Source: an uncultured Lachnospiraceae bacterium (GTDB lineage: Bacteria > Bacillota > Clostridia > Lachnospirales > Lachnospiraceae). From it: a stretch of DNA of 64,000 nucleotides. How positions within the stretch are numbered: position 1 is the stretch's first letter; each line of letters opens with the position of its first letter. The position numbers were made by a program, and so were the translations under genes. The stretch spans positions 2,037 through 66,036 of the forward strand of contig CANQDT010000009.1 of assembly GCA_947593735.1 (NCBI GenBank), in the 5' to 3' direction. Of this stretch, positions 37,237 to 46,321 are shown in pieces. Below the pieces are notes generated by a model that made no database searches, was not told the DNA's origin, and worked only from the letters and a program-made list of their open reading frames with translations.

Positions 37237-38392
37237 ACATATCGTTGCGCTGACCGATACGGAAAAGCTGATCGAGGTTCAGGCGGAACCGGCGGATCAG
37301 ACCGTTTTTGTCGGAAATATCTATGTCGGTCAGGTAAAAAATATCGTGCATAATATCAATGCCGCGTTCGTACAGGTGGAAAAGGATATCCTCTGTTATT
37401 ATTCTCTGGAAGAAAACCGTCACCATCTGTTCCTGAACGCGAAATCCGATCATACGCTGAAAGCAGGGGATCTGATCCTTGTGCAGATCAGCCGGGAAGC
37501 GGTGAAAAACAAAGCCCCGTCCTGTACCTGCTATCTGAATTTTACCGGGCGGTATTCCGTTCTGACCTGGAACAAAACGATCATCGGATTTTCCAATAAG
37601 ATCACCGATCCGGAGCGGAGAAAGCAATTAAGGAAGCTCTACGCGGAATGGAAAAATCCGGATTATGGATTTATTGTTCGGACCAATGCGATGGACGCGC
37701 CGGACGATGAGATCCGGAAGGAGCTGCAGGAACTGGTGGAGCGCGCGGAGCGCGTGATCGGCGACGCGCCGCACCGGAACTACGGCGACGTCCTGATGCG
37801 CGGGCTTCCCGGATATATGACGGTCATGCGCGATTATTCCGCCATCGACATCAAAGAGATCGTCACGGACTGTGAGGATATTTATGAACAGCTGACAGAG
37901 CAGAACGATCAGGCGTCTGTCAAATCACCGATCCCGATCCGGCTGTACCGGGATGAGATGGTCTCGCTGGATCACCTGTACCGGATCTCCGTCCAGATGG
38001 AACATGCGCTGCAGACAAAGATCTGGCTGAAATCCGGCGGTTATCTGTTTATTGAACCGACGGAGGCGATGACCGTCATCGATGTCAATACCGGAAAAGC
38101 GATCGAGGGAAAACGGCCGACGAGCAGGCAGTTTTACCGGATCAATCTGGAGGCGGCGAAAGAGATCGCCTATCAGATCCGGCTCCGCAACCTGTCGGGG
38201 ATCATCATCATCGACTTTATCGATATGGTAGAGCAGGAACGGAAAGAACAGCTTATGCAGGAATTTCAGAAATTGATCCGGCAGGACCGGATCAAAACGA
38301 CACTAGTTGACATTACCAGCCTTGGTCTGGTAGAATTAACCCGTAAGAAAATCAAAAAACCATTGCATGAACAACTGGAAAAAGGAGTGTGA
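37199..38392 (+). CDS. rng: ribonuclease E/G family (Rng/CafA-like)
   Basis: S1-like N-terminus (GNIYVGQVKNIVHNINAAFVQ) and catalytic-core blocks (IEPTEAMTVIDVNTGK, SGIIIIDFIDM). Confidence 0.85.
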   Translation: MKQRLIITKQKNKHIVALTDTEKLIEVQAEPADQTVFVGNIYVGQVKNIVHNINAAFVQVEKDILCYYSLEENRHHLFLNAKSDHTLKAGDLILVQISREAVKNKAPSCTCYLNFTGRYSVLTWNKTIIGFSNKITDPERRKQLRKLYAEWKNPDYGFIVRTNAMDAPDDEIRKELQELVERAERVIGDAPHRNYGDVLMRGLPGYMTVMRDYSAIDIKEIVTDCEDIYEQLTEQNDQASVKSPIPIRLYRDEMVSLDHLYRISVQMEHALQTKIWLKSGGYLFIEPTEAMTVIDVNTGKAIEGKRPTSRQFYRINLEAAKEIAYQIRLRNLSGIIIIDFIDMVEQERKEQLMQEFQKLIRQDRIKTTLVDITSLGLVELTRKKIKKPLHEQLEKGV

Positions 38393-38398
38393 AAGGTC

Positions 38399-39085
38399 AT
38401 GTGCGAACGGTGGCTGCTAAAAGAAAACGCAAAAAAATCTCTGAAACATTATTTCTGGAGCGCGGTTCTCGCGATCGTTATTACCGCGGCGATCATGGTC
38501 GTGATCGGGAGGATCTCCGGCGTGCCGGAAATTTCGATACGCCTGAATCCATACGGATCCGCGGGTTATTCCACGGAATTGCCGGGATATGGATATGCAA
38601 CGATCCGGGGAGTGCTTGGCATCCTGCTGTCGATCCTGGTCGGCTATCCGATCTCGGTCGGGCTGATCCGCTTTTTCATCCTGAACCGAAAAGAGTCGGC
38701 GGGTCTTGGCGAATTGTTTTTTTCCTTTAAGAACGGGACGTTCGCCAATGTGGCGCTGATCACGCTCTGCCAGTCGGTTTTTGTTTTCCTCTGGTCGCTG
38801 CTGCTGATCGTTCCGGGAATCATCAAATCGTTTGAATATTTCTTTATCCCGTATATTTTGGCGGAACGACCGGATATCGAACGCCGGGAAGCGTTTGAGC
38901 TGAGCAGAAAAATGACGGCGGGGCATAAATTTGATATCTTCGTATTTGAATTATCCTTTTTCTGGTGGTATCTCCTCGCGATCGTGACATTTGGTATCGC
39001 GGCGATCTACGTCGAGCCGTATACGCAGGCCGCCTATGTCGAGCTGTATGAATGCCTGAAAGCCAATATGGGAAAAAATGAGTAA
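38399..39085 (+). CDS. DUF975 family membrane protein
   Basis: N-terminus LKENAKKSLKHYFWSAVLAIVI and several TM segments. The alternative frame at 38389-38730 is Arg-rich junk. Confidence 0.75.
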   Translation: MCERWLLKENAKKSLKHYFWSAVLAIVITAAIMVVIGRISGVPEISIRLNPYGSAGYSTELPGYGYATIRGVLGILLSILVGYPISVGLIRFFILNRKESAGLGELFFSFKNGTFANVALITLCQSVFVFLWSLLLIVPGIIKSFEYFFIPYILAERPDIERREAFELSRKMTAGHKFDIFVFELSFFWWYLLAIVTFGIAAIYVEPYTQAAYVELYECLKANMGKNE

Positions 39086-39089
39086 AGTG

Positions 39090-39118
39090 TTGACAAATGC
39101 TCCCATATCCGTTATTAT
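39090..39118 (+). promoter_or_regulatory. consensus sigma-70 promoter of the rplU operon
   Basis: TTGACA (39090-39095), a 17-nt spacer, then TATTAT (39113-39118). Confidence 0.75.
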
Positions 39119-39199
39119 ATTTTAGTGTGCCGCATAATGAGGTTTTAAGATCCGTCAGGACACCGAAATTAGCGAGTCTTATATAAGGAGGGAAACAGG
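39119..39199 (+). promoter_or_regulatory. 5' leader of rplU (position and size match the Firmicutes L21 ribosomal-protein leader)
   Basis: An untranslated leader of about 75 nt lies between the promoter and the AAGGAGGG RBS. It can form a stem GTGT(G)CC...GGACAC. The class assignment is by position only. Confidence 0.45.
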
Positions 39200-39508
39200 A
39201 TGTATGCAATTATAGCAACCGGCGGCAAACAGTACCGGGTAGCGGTTGGAGATGTGGTCAGAGTGGAGAAGCTCGGCGCTGAGGAAGGCTCTGAAGTGAC
39301 ATTTGACAATGTTGTGCTTGTAAATACGGACAGCGACGTGCTGACAGGCGACGCCGTATCCGGCGCGACCGTCACTGCGGATGTCGTTGGCGAAGGCCGT
39401 GGGAAAAAGGTCATTGTATATAAGTACAAGAGAAAGACCGGCTATCACAAGAAGCAGGGACACAGGCAGCCGTTTACAAAAGTCAAGATCAAAGCGATCA
39501 ACGCTTAA
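39200..39508 (+). CDS. rplU: 50S ribosomal protein L21
   Basis: MYAIIATGGKQYRVAVGDVVRVEKL. Confidence 0.97.
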   Translation: MYAIIATGGKQYRVAVGDVVRVEKLGAEEGSEVTFDNVVLVNTDSDVLTGDAVSGATVTADVVGEGRGKKVIVYKYKRKTGYHKKQGHRQPFTKVKIKAINA

Positions 39509-39521
39509 TGAGGGCCAGCCA

Positions 39522-39848
39522 ATGATAGAGATCACCATCTATCAGGATTCCTGCGGGGATTATACAGAGTTCCATACAAAAGGACACGCGGATTACGCGG
39601 AAGAAGGATCCGATATTGTCTGCGCGGCAGTTTCCGCACTTGCCATCAACCTTGTCAACAGTGTGGAACGGCTGACCGGTGGCGGACATGATCTGGAACA
39701 GCGGCAGGAGACGGGTGAAATGACGTTCCGCCTGCTCGACCGGAACCGTGACGCTCGCCTTTTGATGCGATCTTTTGTTCTTGGGATACAGGACGTGCAG
39801 GAAGCGTATGGTCCGGATTATATCCGAATATACTATAAGGAGGTATAA
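39522..39848 (+). CDS. prp: ribosomal-processing cysteine protease Prp
   Basis: ATG at 39522. Motif [21 protein letters not shown] (His/Cys dyad). Located between rplU and rpmA. Confidence 0.9.
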   Translation: MIEITIYQDSCGDYTEFHTKGHADYAEEGSDIVCAAVSALAINLVNSVERLTGGGHDLEQRQETGEMTFRLLDRNRDARLLMRSFVLGIQDVQEAYGPDYIRIYYKEV

Positions 39849-39852
39849 TACG

Positions 39853-40137
39853 ATGATGAAAATGAACCTTCAGTTCTTTGCGCATAAGAAGGGAGTCGGT
39901 TCCACCAAAAACGGACGTGATTCCGAATCCAAACGACTGGGCGCGAAAAGAGCGGACGGACAATTTGTAAAAGCCGGAAATATTCTTTACAGACAGCGCG
40001 GAACCCGGATTCATCCCGGTATAAACGTTGGCAAGGGCGGCGATGATACATTATTTGCATTAGTGGATGGAATCGTTCGATATGAAAGAAAAGGCAGAGA
40101 CAAGAAACAATGTTCTGTCCATCCGGTAGAACAGTAA
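39853..40137 (+). CDS. rpmA: 50S ribosomal protein L27 with N-terminal Prp-cleaved extension
   Basis: AAGGAGGT lies 8 nt before the ATG at 39853. Sequence [30 protein letters not shown]. The extension NLQFFA precedes the mature HKKG start. Confidence 0.95.
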   Translation: MMKMNLQFFAHKKGVGSTKNGRDSESKRLGAKRADGQFVKAGNILYRQRGTRIHPGINVGKGGDDTLFALVDGIVRYERKGRDKKQCSVHPVEQ

Positions 40138-40145
40138 GCTGTTGG

Positions 40146-40173
40146 AGAGGTCGTATTCGTGCGGCCTCTTTTT
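40146..40173 (+). terminator. hairpin plus T-run between rpmA and obg (terminator/attenuator)
   Basis: AGAGGTCG (40146-40153) pairs with CGGCCTCT (40062+100 = 40162-40169) with one G-T pair. The loop is 8 nt. TTTTT follows. Confidence 0.6.
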
Positions 40174-40191
40174 CGTAGAAAGGGGCAGACC

Positions 40192-41487
40192 ATGTTTGCG
40201 GACAGAGCAAAGATCTATATCCGTTCCGGCAGGGGCGGAGACGGGCATGTCAGCTTTCGCCGGGAACTGTATGTTCCGAGCGGCGGGCCGGACGGCGGCG
40301 ACGGAGGAAACGGAGGCGACATCCTGTTTGTCGTTGATCCGGGTCTCAATACGCTGACGGATTTTCGCCATGTGCGGAAATATTGTGCCGGCGACGGTCA
40401 GGAGGGACAGAAACGGAAATGCCACGGCGCCGATGGGGAGGACCGGATCATCAAAGTCCCGCCCGGCACTGTGATCACCGACGCGGAGACCGGTCGTGTG
40501 ATCCTTGATATGGCAAATAAGACATCGCCGGTCGTTTTGCTGAAAGGTGGCAGGGGAGGACATGGAAACCAGCATTACGCGACGCCGACGATGCAGGCTC
40601 CGAAATACGCGCAGCCTGGACAAAAAGCGAAAGAGCTGTGGGTCAATCTGGAATTGAAAGTGATCGCGGACGTCGGACTAGTCGGGTTTCCGAATGTCGG
40701 GAAATCGACGTTTTTGTCCCGCGTGACAAACGCGAGACCGAAGATCGCCAACTATCATTTTACTACGTTGAATCCGAACCTCGGCGTCGTCGATCTGTCG
40801 GACGGAAACGGATTTGTGATCGCGGACATTCCCGGAATTATCGAGGGCGCGTCGCAGGGGATCGGACTTGGGCTTGAATTTCTGCGCCACATCGAGCGGA
40901 CAAAGGTGATCATCCATATGGTCGACGCGGCTTCAGCGGAAGGCCGCGACCCGGTGGATGATATCCGGAAGATCAACGCGGAACTGGGAAATTATAACGA
41001 AGAGCTGCTTCGCAGACCCCAGGTGATCGCGGCGAACAAGATGGACGTATTGTACGGCGACGACGCGGAAGCGGCAGTCGGCAGGATCAGGGACGCGTTT
41101 CAGAAAGATGGCGTCCCGGTGTTTCCGATCTCAGCGGTGAGCGGAGCAGGAGTACAGGAACTGCTCTGGCACGTAAACGGCCTGCTGAAAACGCTGGACC
41201 CGGAACCGATTGAATTTGAACCGGAATATGTTCCGGAGGAGGAAATGGAGGAGGATGATCTTCCGTTTACTGTAAAAAAATCGGAGGAAGAAGACCATAC
41301 GTATCTCGTGGAGGGACCGCGGATCGAACGTATGCTCGGATATACCAACCTGGAATCGGAAAAAGGATTTGAATTTTTCCAGAGGTTCCTGAAAGAAAAC
41401 GGGATTCTTGCCCAGCTGGAATCGCTTGGGATTCAGGAGGGGGATACCGTAAAACTGTATTCCCTTGCATTTGATTATTATAAGTAG
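40192..41487 (+). CDS. obg: GTPase Obg/CgtA
   Basis: ATG at 40192. N-terminus MFADRAKIYIRSGRGGDGHVSFRRE, glycine-rich Obg fold, G1 motif GFPNVGKST, and a C-terminal TGS-like OCT domain. Confidence 0.95.
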   Translation: MFADRAKIYIRSGRGGDGHVSFRRELYVPSGGPDGGDGGNGGDILFVVDPGLNTLTDFRHVRKYCAGDGQEGQKRKCHGADGEDRIIKVPPGTVITDAETGRVILDMANKTSPVVLLKGGRGGHGNQHYATPTMQAPKYAQPGQKAKELWVNLELKVIADVGLVGFPNVGKSTFLSRVTNARPKIANYHFTTLNPNLGVVDLSDGNGFVIADIPGIIEGASQGIGLGLEFLRHIERTKVIIHMVDAASAEGRDPVDDIRKINAELGNYNEELLRRPQVIAANKMDVLYGDDAEAAVGRIRDAFQKDGVPVFPISAVSGAGVQELLWHVNGLLKTLDPEPIEFEPEYVPEEEMEEDDLPFTVKKSEEEDHTYLVEGPRIERMLGYTNLESEKGFEFFQRFLKENGILAQLESLGIQEGDTVKLYSLAFDYYK

Positions 41488-41533
41488 ATTCTTTTCTTTG
41501 ACAGTAAATTTGCTATAATAAGGAGATGAAATT

Positions 41534-41794
41534 ATGCCGACTATTTCAATGTTCCGTGGTATTAAGGTTTGCCTCTATTGGATGGATCACATGCCGCCGC
41601 ACTTCCATGCGTTTTACGGCGGTTCTGAGATAATCGTATCGATTGAGGAACTGGAAGTTATTGACGGTACAATGCCATCAAAACAATTAAAAATGCTTCT
41701 TGGCTGGGCAGCTTTTCATCAGGAAGAGCTTCGTGAAAATTGGGAGTTGGCAAGAGGTCAGCAGGAATTATTTGCAATCGAGCCGTTGAAGTAA
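41534..41794 (+). CDS. DUF4160 domain protein
   Basis: AGGAG lies 8 nt before the ATG. MPTISMFRGIKVCLYWMDHMPPHFHAFYGGSEIIVSIE matches the DUF4160 signature (FY..EH.PPHFH). Confidence 0.8.
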   Translation: MPTISMFRGIKVCLYWMDHMPPHFHAFYGGSEIIVSIEELEVIDGTMPSKQLKMLLGWAAFHQEELRENWELARGQQELFAIEPLK

Positions 41795-41819
41795 GTGTTT
41801 CAACCGGGGAGGTGAGTAT

Positions 41820-42194
41820 ATGTCGAATACAGTAGAATATTATCTCTCGAAAGGGCTTGACCGTAAGGCTGCGGAATACTTTGCAGAGGGGAAAAGGAAA
41901 ATTATCGGCGTCGTTCCCAATGATGATTTTACTCTGACGATCCGTTTTGACAATGATGAGAAAAGGGTTTATGATATGCGACCGCTTCTCAAAAAGGGTA
42001 CTGTATTCGAGCCGTTTATGGAATTGGAAAATTTCCGTAGGGCTTATGTGGATGATACCCATTGCATTGCGTGGGACATTGATCCGGATATTGACAGCAG
42101 CAAGGTGTGGAGTAATAAAGTCGATTTGTGCCCGGATGGCTGTTATATTGACAGTGTTCCTGAAACTCACGCGCATCCGGTGCCGGAAGACTGA
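41820..42194 (+). CDS. DUF2442 domain protein
   Basis: GGGGAGGTGAG precedes the ATG. VVPNDDFTLTIRFDNDEKRVYDMRPLL...IAWDIDPDIDSS...LCPDGCY matches the DUF2442 pattern. Confidence 0.75.
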   Translation: MSNTVEYYLSKGLDRKAAEYFAEGKRKIIGVVPNDDFTLTIRFDNDEKRVYDMRPLLKKGTVFEPFMELENFRRAYVDDTHCIAWDIDPDIDSSKVWSNKVDLCPDGCYIDSVPETHAHPVPED

Positions 42195-42234
42195 CGTGTT
42201 TACGAATGATTTTTATAAGTGAGTAGGTGAAAAA

Positions 42235-42546
42235 ATGACAAGTAAGCAGAGAGCATATTTGAAAAGCCTGGCGTCGGCGATGGATCCGATCTATCAGGTA
42301 GGAAAAGCGTCGCTCACCCCGGAGATCATCACCGGAATACGGGAAGCGATCGACAAAAGGGAGCTGATCAAAGTGTCCGTCCTCAAAAACTGCGCGGATG
42401 ATCCGAATGAGATCGCGCATATGATCGCGGAGCGGACGCAGTCGCAGGTCGTCCAGGTCATTGGAAAGAAGATCGTCTTGTATAAGGAATCCCGCGACAA
42501 TAAGCGGATCGAGCTGCCGCCGTCTTCCCGGAAAGGAACGGCGTAA
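42235..42546 (+). CDS. yhbY: ribosome assembly RNA-binding protein YhbY (CRM domain)
   Basis: MTSKQRAYLKSLASAMDPIYQVGKASLTPEIITGIREAIDKRELIKV. Confidence 0.9.
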   Translation: MTSKQRAYLKSLASAMDPIYQVGKASLTPEIITGIREAIDKRELIKVSVLKNCADDPNEIAHMIAERTQSQVVQVIGKKIVLYKESRDNKRIELPPSSRKGTA

Positions 42547-42559
42547 GGAGAAGCAGAAG

Positions 42560-43831
42560 ATGAAACGAATCGGTATTATGGGCGGGACGTTCAACCCGAT
42601 CCATTACGGACATCTGCTGATGGCGGAGCGTGCGTATGAGCAGATGAATCTTGATATTGTCTGGTTTATGCCGAATCATGTTCCAGCCTATAAAAAGCTG
42701 GATGAAACCGTAGGACCGGAAGACCGCATCGCCATGGTACAGGCGGCGATCGGTCAGAATCCGCACTTTGCGGTCAATACGATGGAAGTCCGGCGGGGAG
42801 GATCGACTTATACGGCGGACACGCTGGAAATCCTGAAACGGCAAATGCCGGACGCGGAATTCTTTTTTATCATGGGAACCGATTCCCTGTTCCAGTTCGG
42901 ACAGTGGAAGGAACCGGAGAAAATCGCGCGATACGCGACGCTCCTGATCGCCGCAAGGGATACGAAGGTGACGCCGGAGCAGATCATGGAACAGTCGTAC
43001 CGGCTGTATCATCAGTATGGGGCGACCATCCTGCATCTGCATTATCCGATGATGGTATTGTCGTCGAGTGATATCCGGGAACGGGTCCGCGAGGGAATGA
43101 GTATCCGTTATATGGTGCCGCCCGGAGTCGAGACTTATATCTGCGATCATCAGCTCTACAAAGCCGCCGGGAAGGATGAACCGCCGTCTTACTGCACTGA
43201 CCAGACAGCCGGAAAGGATGAACCGCCGGCACATTGCGCTGACCGGACGGCAGGATATGATACGCAAAAGTACAGGATCCAACTGGAATCGATGCTCAGC
43301 GGTGCGCGGATGGAGCATACGCTCGGAGTGGAATATACGGCTGCCGCGCTTGCCATGCGCTACGGTGCCGATCTCGGACAGGCGTCGCTTGCAGGGTTGC
43401 TGCATGACTGCGCAAAACCGCTGTCCGCCGAAGAAAAGCTTTCGCTGGCGGAACGATCCGGCATCCCGGTCAGCAGCGCGGAACGGCAAAATCCGGAACT
43501 TCTGCACGCAAAGCTCGGAGTGGAGCTCGCGAAGGCCCGGTTCGGCGTGGAGGACGACGCGGTTCTGCAGGCGATCCGGTGGCATACGACCGGACGTCCG
43601 GCGATGACATTGTTGGACAAGATCGTCTATATCGCGGACTATATCGAACCGTCGCGGACGAAAGCGGACCGGCTGCCGCAGCTGCGCGCGCTTGCGTTCC
43701 GGGATCTGGATGAATGTCTGTTCCTTATCCTGGAACAGACGGTGCAGTACCTTGAGTCAACCGACCAGGTGATCGATCCGATCACCGGAGAGACCTATGA
43801 ATATTATCGAGACCGCCGTATGAAAGATTAA
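42560..43831 (+). CDS. nadD: fusion protein: nicotinate-nucleotide adenylyltransferase (NadD) plus HD-domain YqeK
   Basis: AAGGAG lies 9 nt before the ATG at 42560. NadD motif GGTFNPIHYGH. A low-complexity linker contains a 14-aa tandem repeat. The C-terminal HD domain has LLHDCAKPL and IRWHTTG, as in YqeK. Confidence 0.85.
   Translation: MKRIGIMGGTFNPIHYGHLLMAERAYEQMNLDIVWFMPNHVPAYKKLDETVGPEDRIAMVQAAIGQNPHFAVNTMEVRRGGSTYTADTLEILKRQMPDAEFFFIMGTDSLFQFGQWKEPEKIARYATLLIAARDTKVTPEQIMEQSYRLYHQYGATILHLHYPMMVLSSSDIRERVREGMSIRYMVPPGVETYICDHQLYKAAGKDEPPSYCTDQTAGKDEPPAHCADRTAGYDTQKYRIQLESMLSGARMEHTLGVEYTAAALAMRYGADLGQASLAGLLHDCAKPLSAEEKLSLAERSGIPVSSAERQNPELLHAKLGVELAKARFGVEDDAVLQAIRWHTTGRPAMTLLDKIVYIADYIEPSRTKADRLPQLRALAFRDLDECLFLILEQTVQYLESTDQVIDPITGETYEYYRDRRMKD
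43166..43249 (+). repeat. 42-bp in-frame tandem duplication in the NadD-YqeK linker
   Basis: Units at 43166-43207 and 43208-43249 are GCCGG(G/A)AAGGATGAACCGCCG......TGC.CTGACC.GAC. They encode AGKDEPPSYCTDQT and AGKDEPPAHCADRT. Confidence 0.85.
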
Positions 43832-43852
43832 AAGGCGGAAGGAGGGATTTTT

Positions 43853-44209
43853 TTGAACCAGCAGTCATTTCAAAAGACAAAGATCGCTTATCACGCGTTG
43901 GAGGAGAAAAAAGCGGAGGATATCACGGTTCTGGATATCAGCGCCGTTACGATCGTCGCCGATTATTTTATTATCGCGTCCGGAAACAGCGACCGACAGG
44001 TGAAAGCACTTGTCGACGGTGTGGAGGAAGCGCTTGGCAGGGAAGGCTATACGCCGAAACAGATCGAGGGATATCAGACCGGAAATTGGGTCCTTTGCGA
44101 TTACGGAGATGTGATCGTGCATGTATTTGACAAGGAAAATCGCCTGTTTTATGATCTGGAACGGATCTGGAGAGACGGAAAGATCGTCGATATGGCAGAA
44201 GAGGAGTAG
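43853..44209 (+). CDS. rsfS: ribosome silencing factor RsfS
   Basis: TTG start lies 6 nt after GGAGGG. Motifs EDITVLDIS...ADYFIIASGNSDRQVKA and NWVLCDYGDVIVHVF. Confidence 0.9.
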   Translation: MNQQSFQKTKIAYHALEEKKAEDITVLDISAVTIVADYFIIASGNSDRQVKALVDGVEEALGREGYTPKQIEGYQTGNWVLCDYGDVIVHVFDKENRLFYDLERIWRDGKIVDMAEEE

Positions 44210-44221
44210 CGGAAGAACAGT

Positions 44222-45571
44222 ATGATAAAGATGTTATTTGCGATCTGGCTCGGAAAATGCATCGGATGGATGAGTCGGCTGACCGGCGGGAAATCATCGT
44301 CCGCGCCGGGAATGTTCGCGCTGAAGGTATGCCCGGACCTGATCCGCCGCCTGTCCGGCAATATCCGAAAACAGATCATCGTAACCTGCGGGACAAACGG
44401 AAAAACGACGACGAACAACCTGTTGTGCTCCGCGCTGGAAGCCAAAGGCTATCGGGTTGTCTGCAACCGGCTCGGCGCGAACCTGTTGTCGGGCATCACG
44501 ACTACTTTTTTGCAGGAGTGCAGTCTGTTCGGGCGATTTGAGGCGGATTATGCCTGCCTGGAAGTCGACGAGGCTTATACGATCCCGGTGTTCGACCAGA
44601 TCAGCCCGGATCTGATGATCATAACTAATTTGTTCCGGGACCAGCTGGACCGCTACGGGGAAATTGATATTACGACCGATATCCTCAAACGCGCGATCGC
44701 GAAGATCCCGGACGTCACGCTGATCCTGAACGCCGACGACCCGTTATGCGCCCAATTTGGCTGTATTCCGGGCATACGCGCGTTTTATTACGGGATTGGG
44801 GAAAAAGTACTTCCCCAGCTGGATGATACGAAAGAGGGGCGTTTTTGCCCAATCTGCGGGGAAGAACAGGAATATGACTATTATCACTACAGCCAGCTCG
44901 GCAGATATCGCTGCCCGGCATGCGGTTTCCACCGCCCGGACGCCGATTATGAGGTGCGCGGTGTCTCGCTCGGCACGCCCATGCGGTTTACGGTCAACGG
45001 CGCGCCGATGTCCATCCAGTACAAAGGCTTTTATAACATCTATAACCTTGTCGCCGTTTACGCCGCGATGGATATTCTCGGTGAAAAGACGGATGATTTT
45101 GACCGGCTGCTGAAAAACTATCAGCCGCAGATCGGGCGGATGCAGGAATTTTTCCTCGGAAAGCCGGTCATTTTGAGTCTGTCCAAAAATCCGGCAGGAT
45201 TTAACCAGGCGATCACAACGGTCAATACGGACGAACGGAAAAAGGACGTCATCGTCTCGATCAACGACAACGCGAACGACGGAAGAGACGTATCGTGGCT
45301 GTGGGATGTGGATTTCCATAAGATCAGCAACCCGTCCCTTCATACCCTGACGACGACCGGAATCCGCATTTATGATATCAGCCTGCGGTTCAAGTACGCC
45401 GGCGTCCCGGTGGACCATATGGAACCCGATATGAAAAAAGCGGTCACGCAATGCCTGGAAACGGACAGCGAGGCGGTTTATCTGCTTGTCAATTACAGCT
45501 GCCTGTATGCCGCGGAGGCGGTCTTGAAAGAATTGGAAAAAGAGCTGGGAGGGAAAAAGAATGAATCATGA
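44222..45571 (+). CDS. murT: lipid II isoglutaminyl synthase, Mur-ligase-like subunit MurT
   Basis: ATP loop GTNGKTTT. Cys4 ribbon CPICG...CPACG. C-terminal DUF1727-like region. Confidence 0.85.
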   Translation: MIKMLFAIWLGKCIGWMSRLTGGKSSSAPGMFALKVCPDLIRRLSGNIRKQIIVTCGTNGKTTTNNLLCSALEAKGYRVVCNRLGANLLSGITTTFLQECSLFGRFEADYACLEVDEAYTIPVFDQISPDLMIITNLFRDQLDRYGEIDITTDILKRAIAKIPDVTLILNADDPLCAQFGCIPGIRAFYYGIGEKVLPQLDDTKEGRFCPICGEEQEYDYYHYSQLGRYRCPACGFHRPDADYEVRGVSLGTPMRFTVNGAPMSIQYKGFYNIYNLVAVYAAMDILGEKTDDFDRLLKNYQPQIGRMQEFFLGKPVILSLSKNPAGFNQAITTVNTDERKKDVIVSINDNANDGRDVSWLWDVDFHKISNPSLHTLTTTGIRIYDISLRFKYAGVPVDHMEPDMKKAVTQCLETDSEAVYLLVNYSCLYAAEAVLKELEKELGGKKNES

Positions 45572-46304
45572 ACCGGAAAAAACGCTCCATATCCTTCATT
45601 TGTTTCCCGACCTGCTGAATTTATACGGTGACCGCGGGAATATCGCCTGTATGGAGCATCGCCTGACATGGAGGGGATACGGCGCGGTTGTCCTCCCGTT
45701 CACCTGTGAAAGCACGCGCTTCGATCTGTCTGATGTGGATCTTGTATTTATCGGCGGAGGCTCCGACCGCGAGCAGAAAATTGTCTGCGGCAGGCTCCTG
45801 GAACATCAGGACGCGCTTCGGAACTATGTTGAAGACGGCGGATGCCTGGTCGCGGTGTGCGGCGGATATCAGCTTCTCGGGGAATACTATAAACTGGAAG
45901 AAGAAATGATCCCGGGACTTGGCTTGCTGGATATCCGGACAGAGCAGGGAAAAGGAAGGCTGATCGGAAATGTCGTCCTGGAAAATGAACGGTTCCGGCA
46001 GAAAATTGTCGGATTTGAAAACCATGGCGGCAGAACGGACATCGGATCCCATACGCCGCTTGGAAAAGTGTTGTATGGACATGGAAATGACGAGACGTCC
46101 GGACAGGAAGGCGTTTTGTATAAAAATGTAGTCGCAACTTATCTGCACGGACCCTTGCTGCCGAAGAATCCGGAGCTGTGCGACTATATCCTGCAAAACG
46201 CGATGAAACGGAAATATCCGGATTTTGACGGGTTTGAGCCGTTGGATGATTCGCTCGAGAACAGGGCGAACGAGTATATCGTACAGCGGTTCACATCCAA
46301 ATAG
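45561..46304 (+). CDS. gatD: lipid II isoglutaminyl synthase, glutaminase subunit GatD
   Basis: Overlaps murT by 11 nt. Motifs LHLFPDLLNLYGDRGN and catalytic-Cys block AVCGGYQLLG. Confidence 0.85.
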   Translation: MNHEPEKTLHILHLFPDLLNLYGDRGNIACMEHRLTWRGYGAVVLPFTCESTRFDLSDVDLVFIGGGSDREQKIVCGRLLEHQDALRNYVEDGGCLVAVCGGYQLLGEYYKLEEEMIPGLGLLDIRTEQGKGRLIGNVVLENERFRQKIVGFENHGGRTDIGSHTPLGKVLYGHGNDETSGQEGVLYKNVVATYLHGPLLPKNPELCDYILQNAMKRKYPDFDGFEPLDDSLENRANEYIVQRFTSK

Positions 46305-46321
46305 GAGGCGGGACTGCCGGT

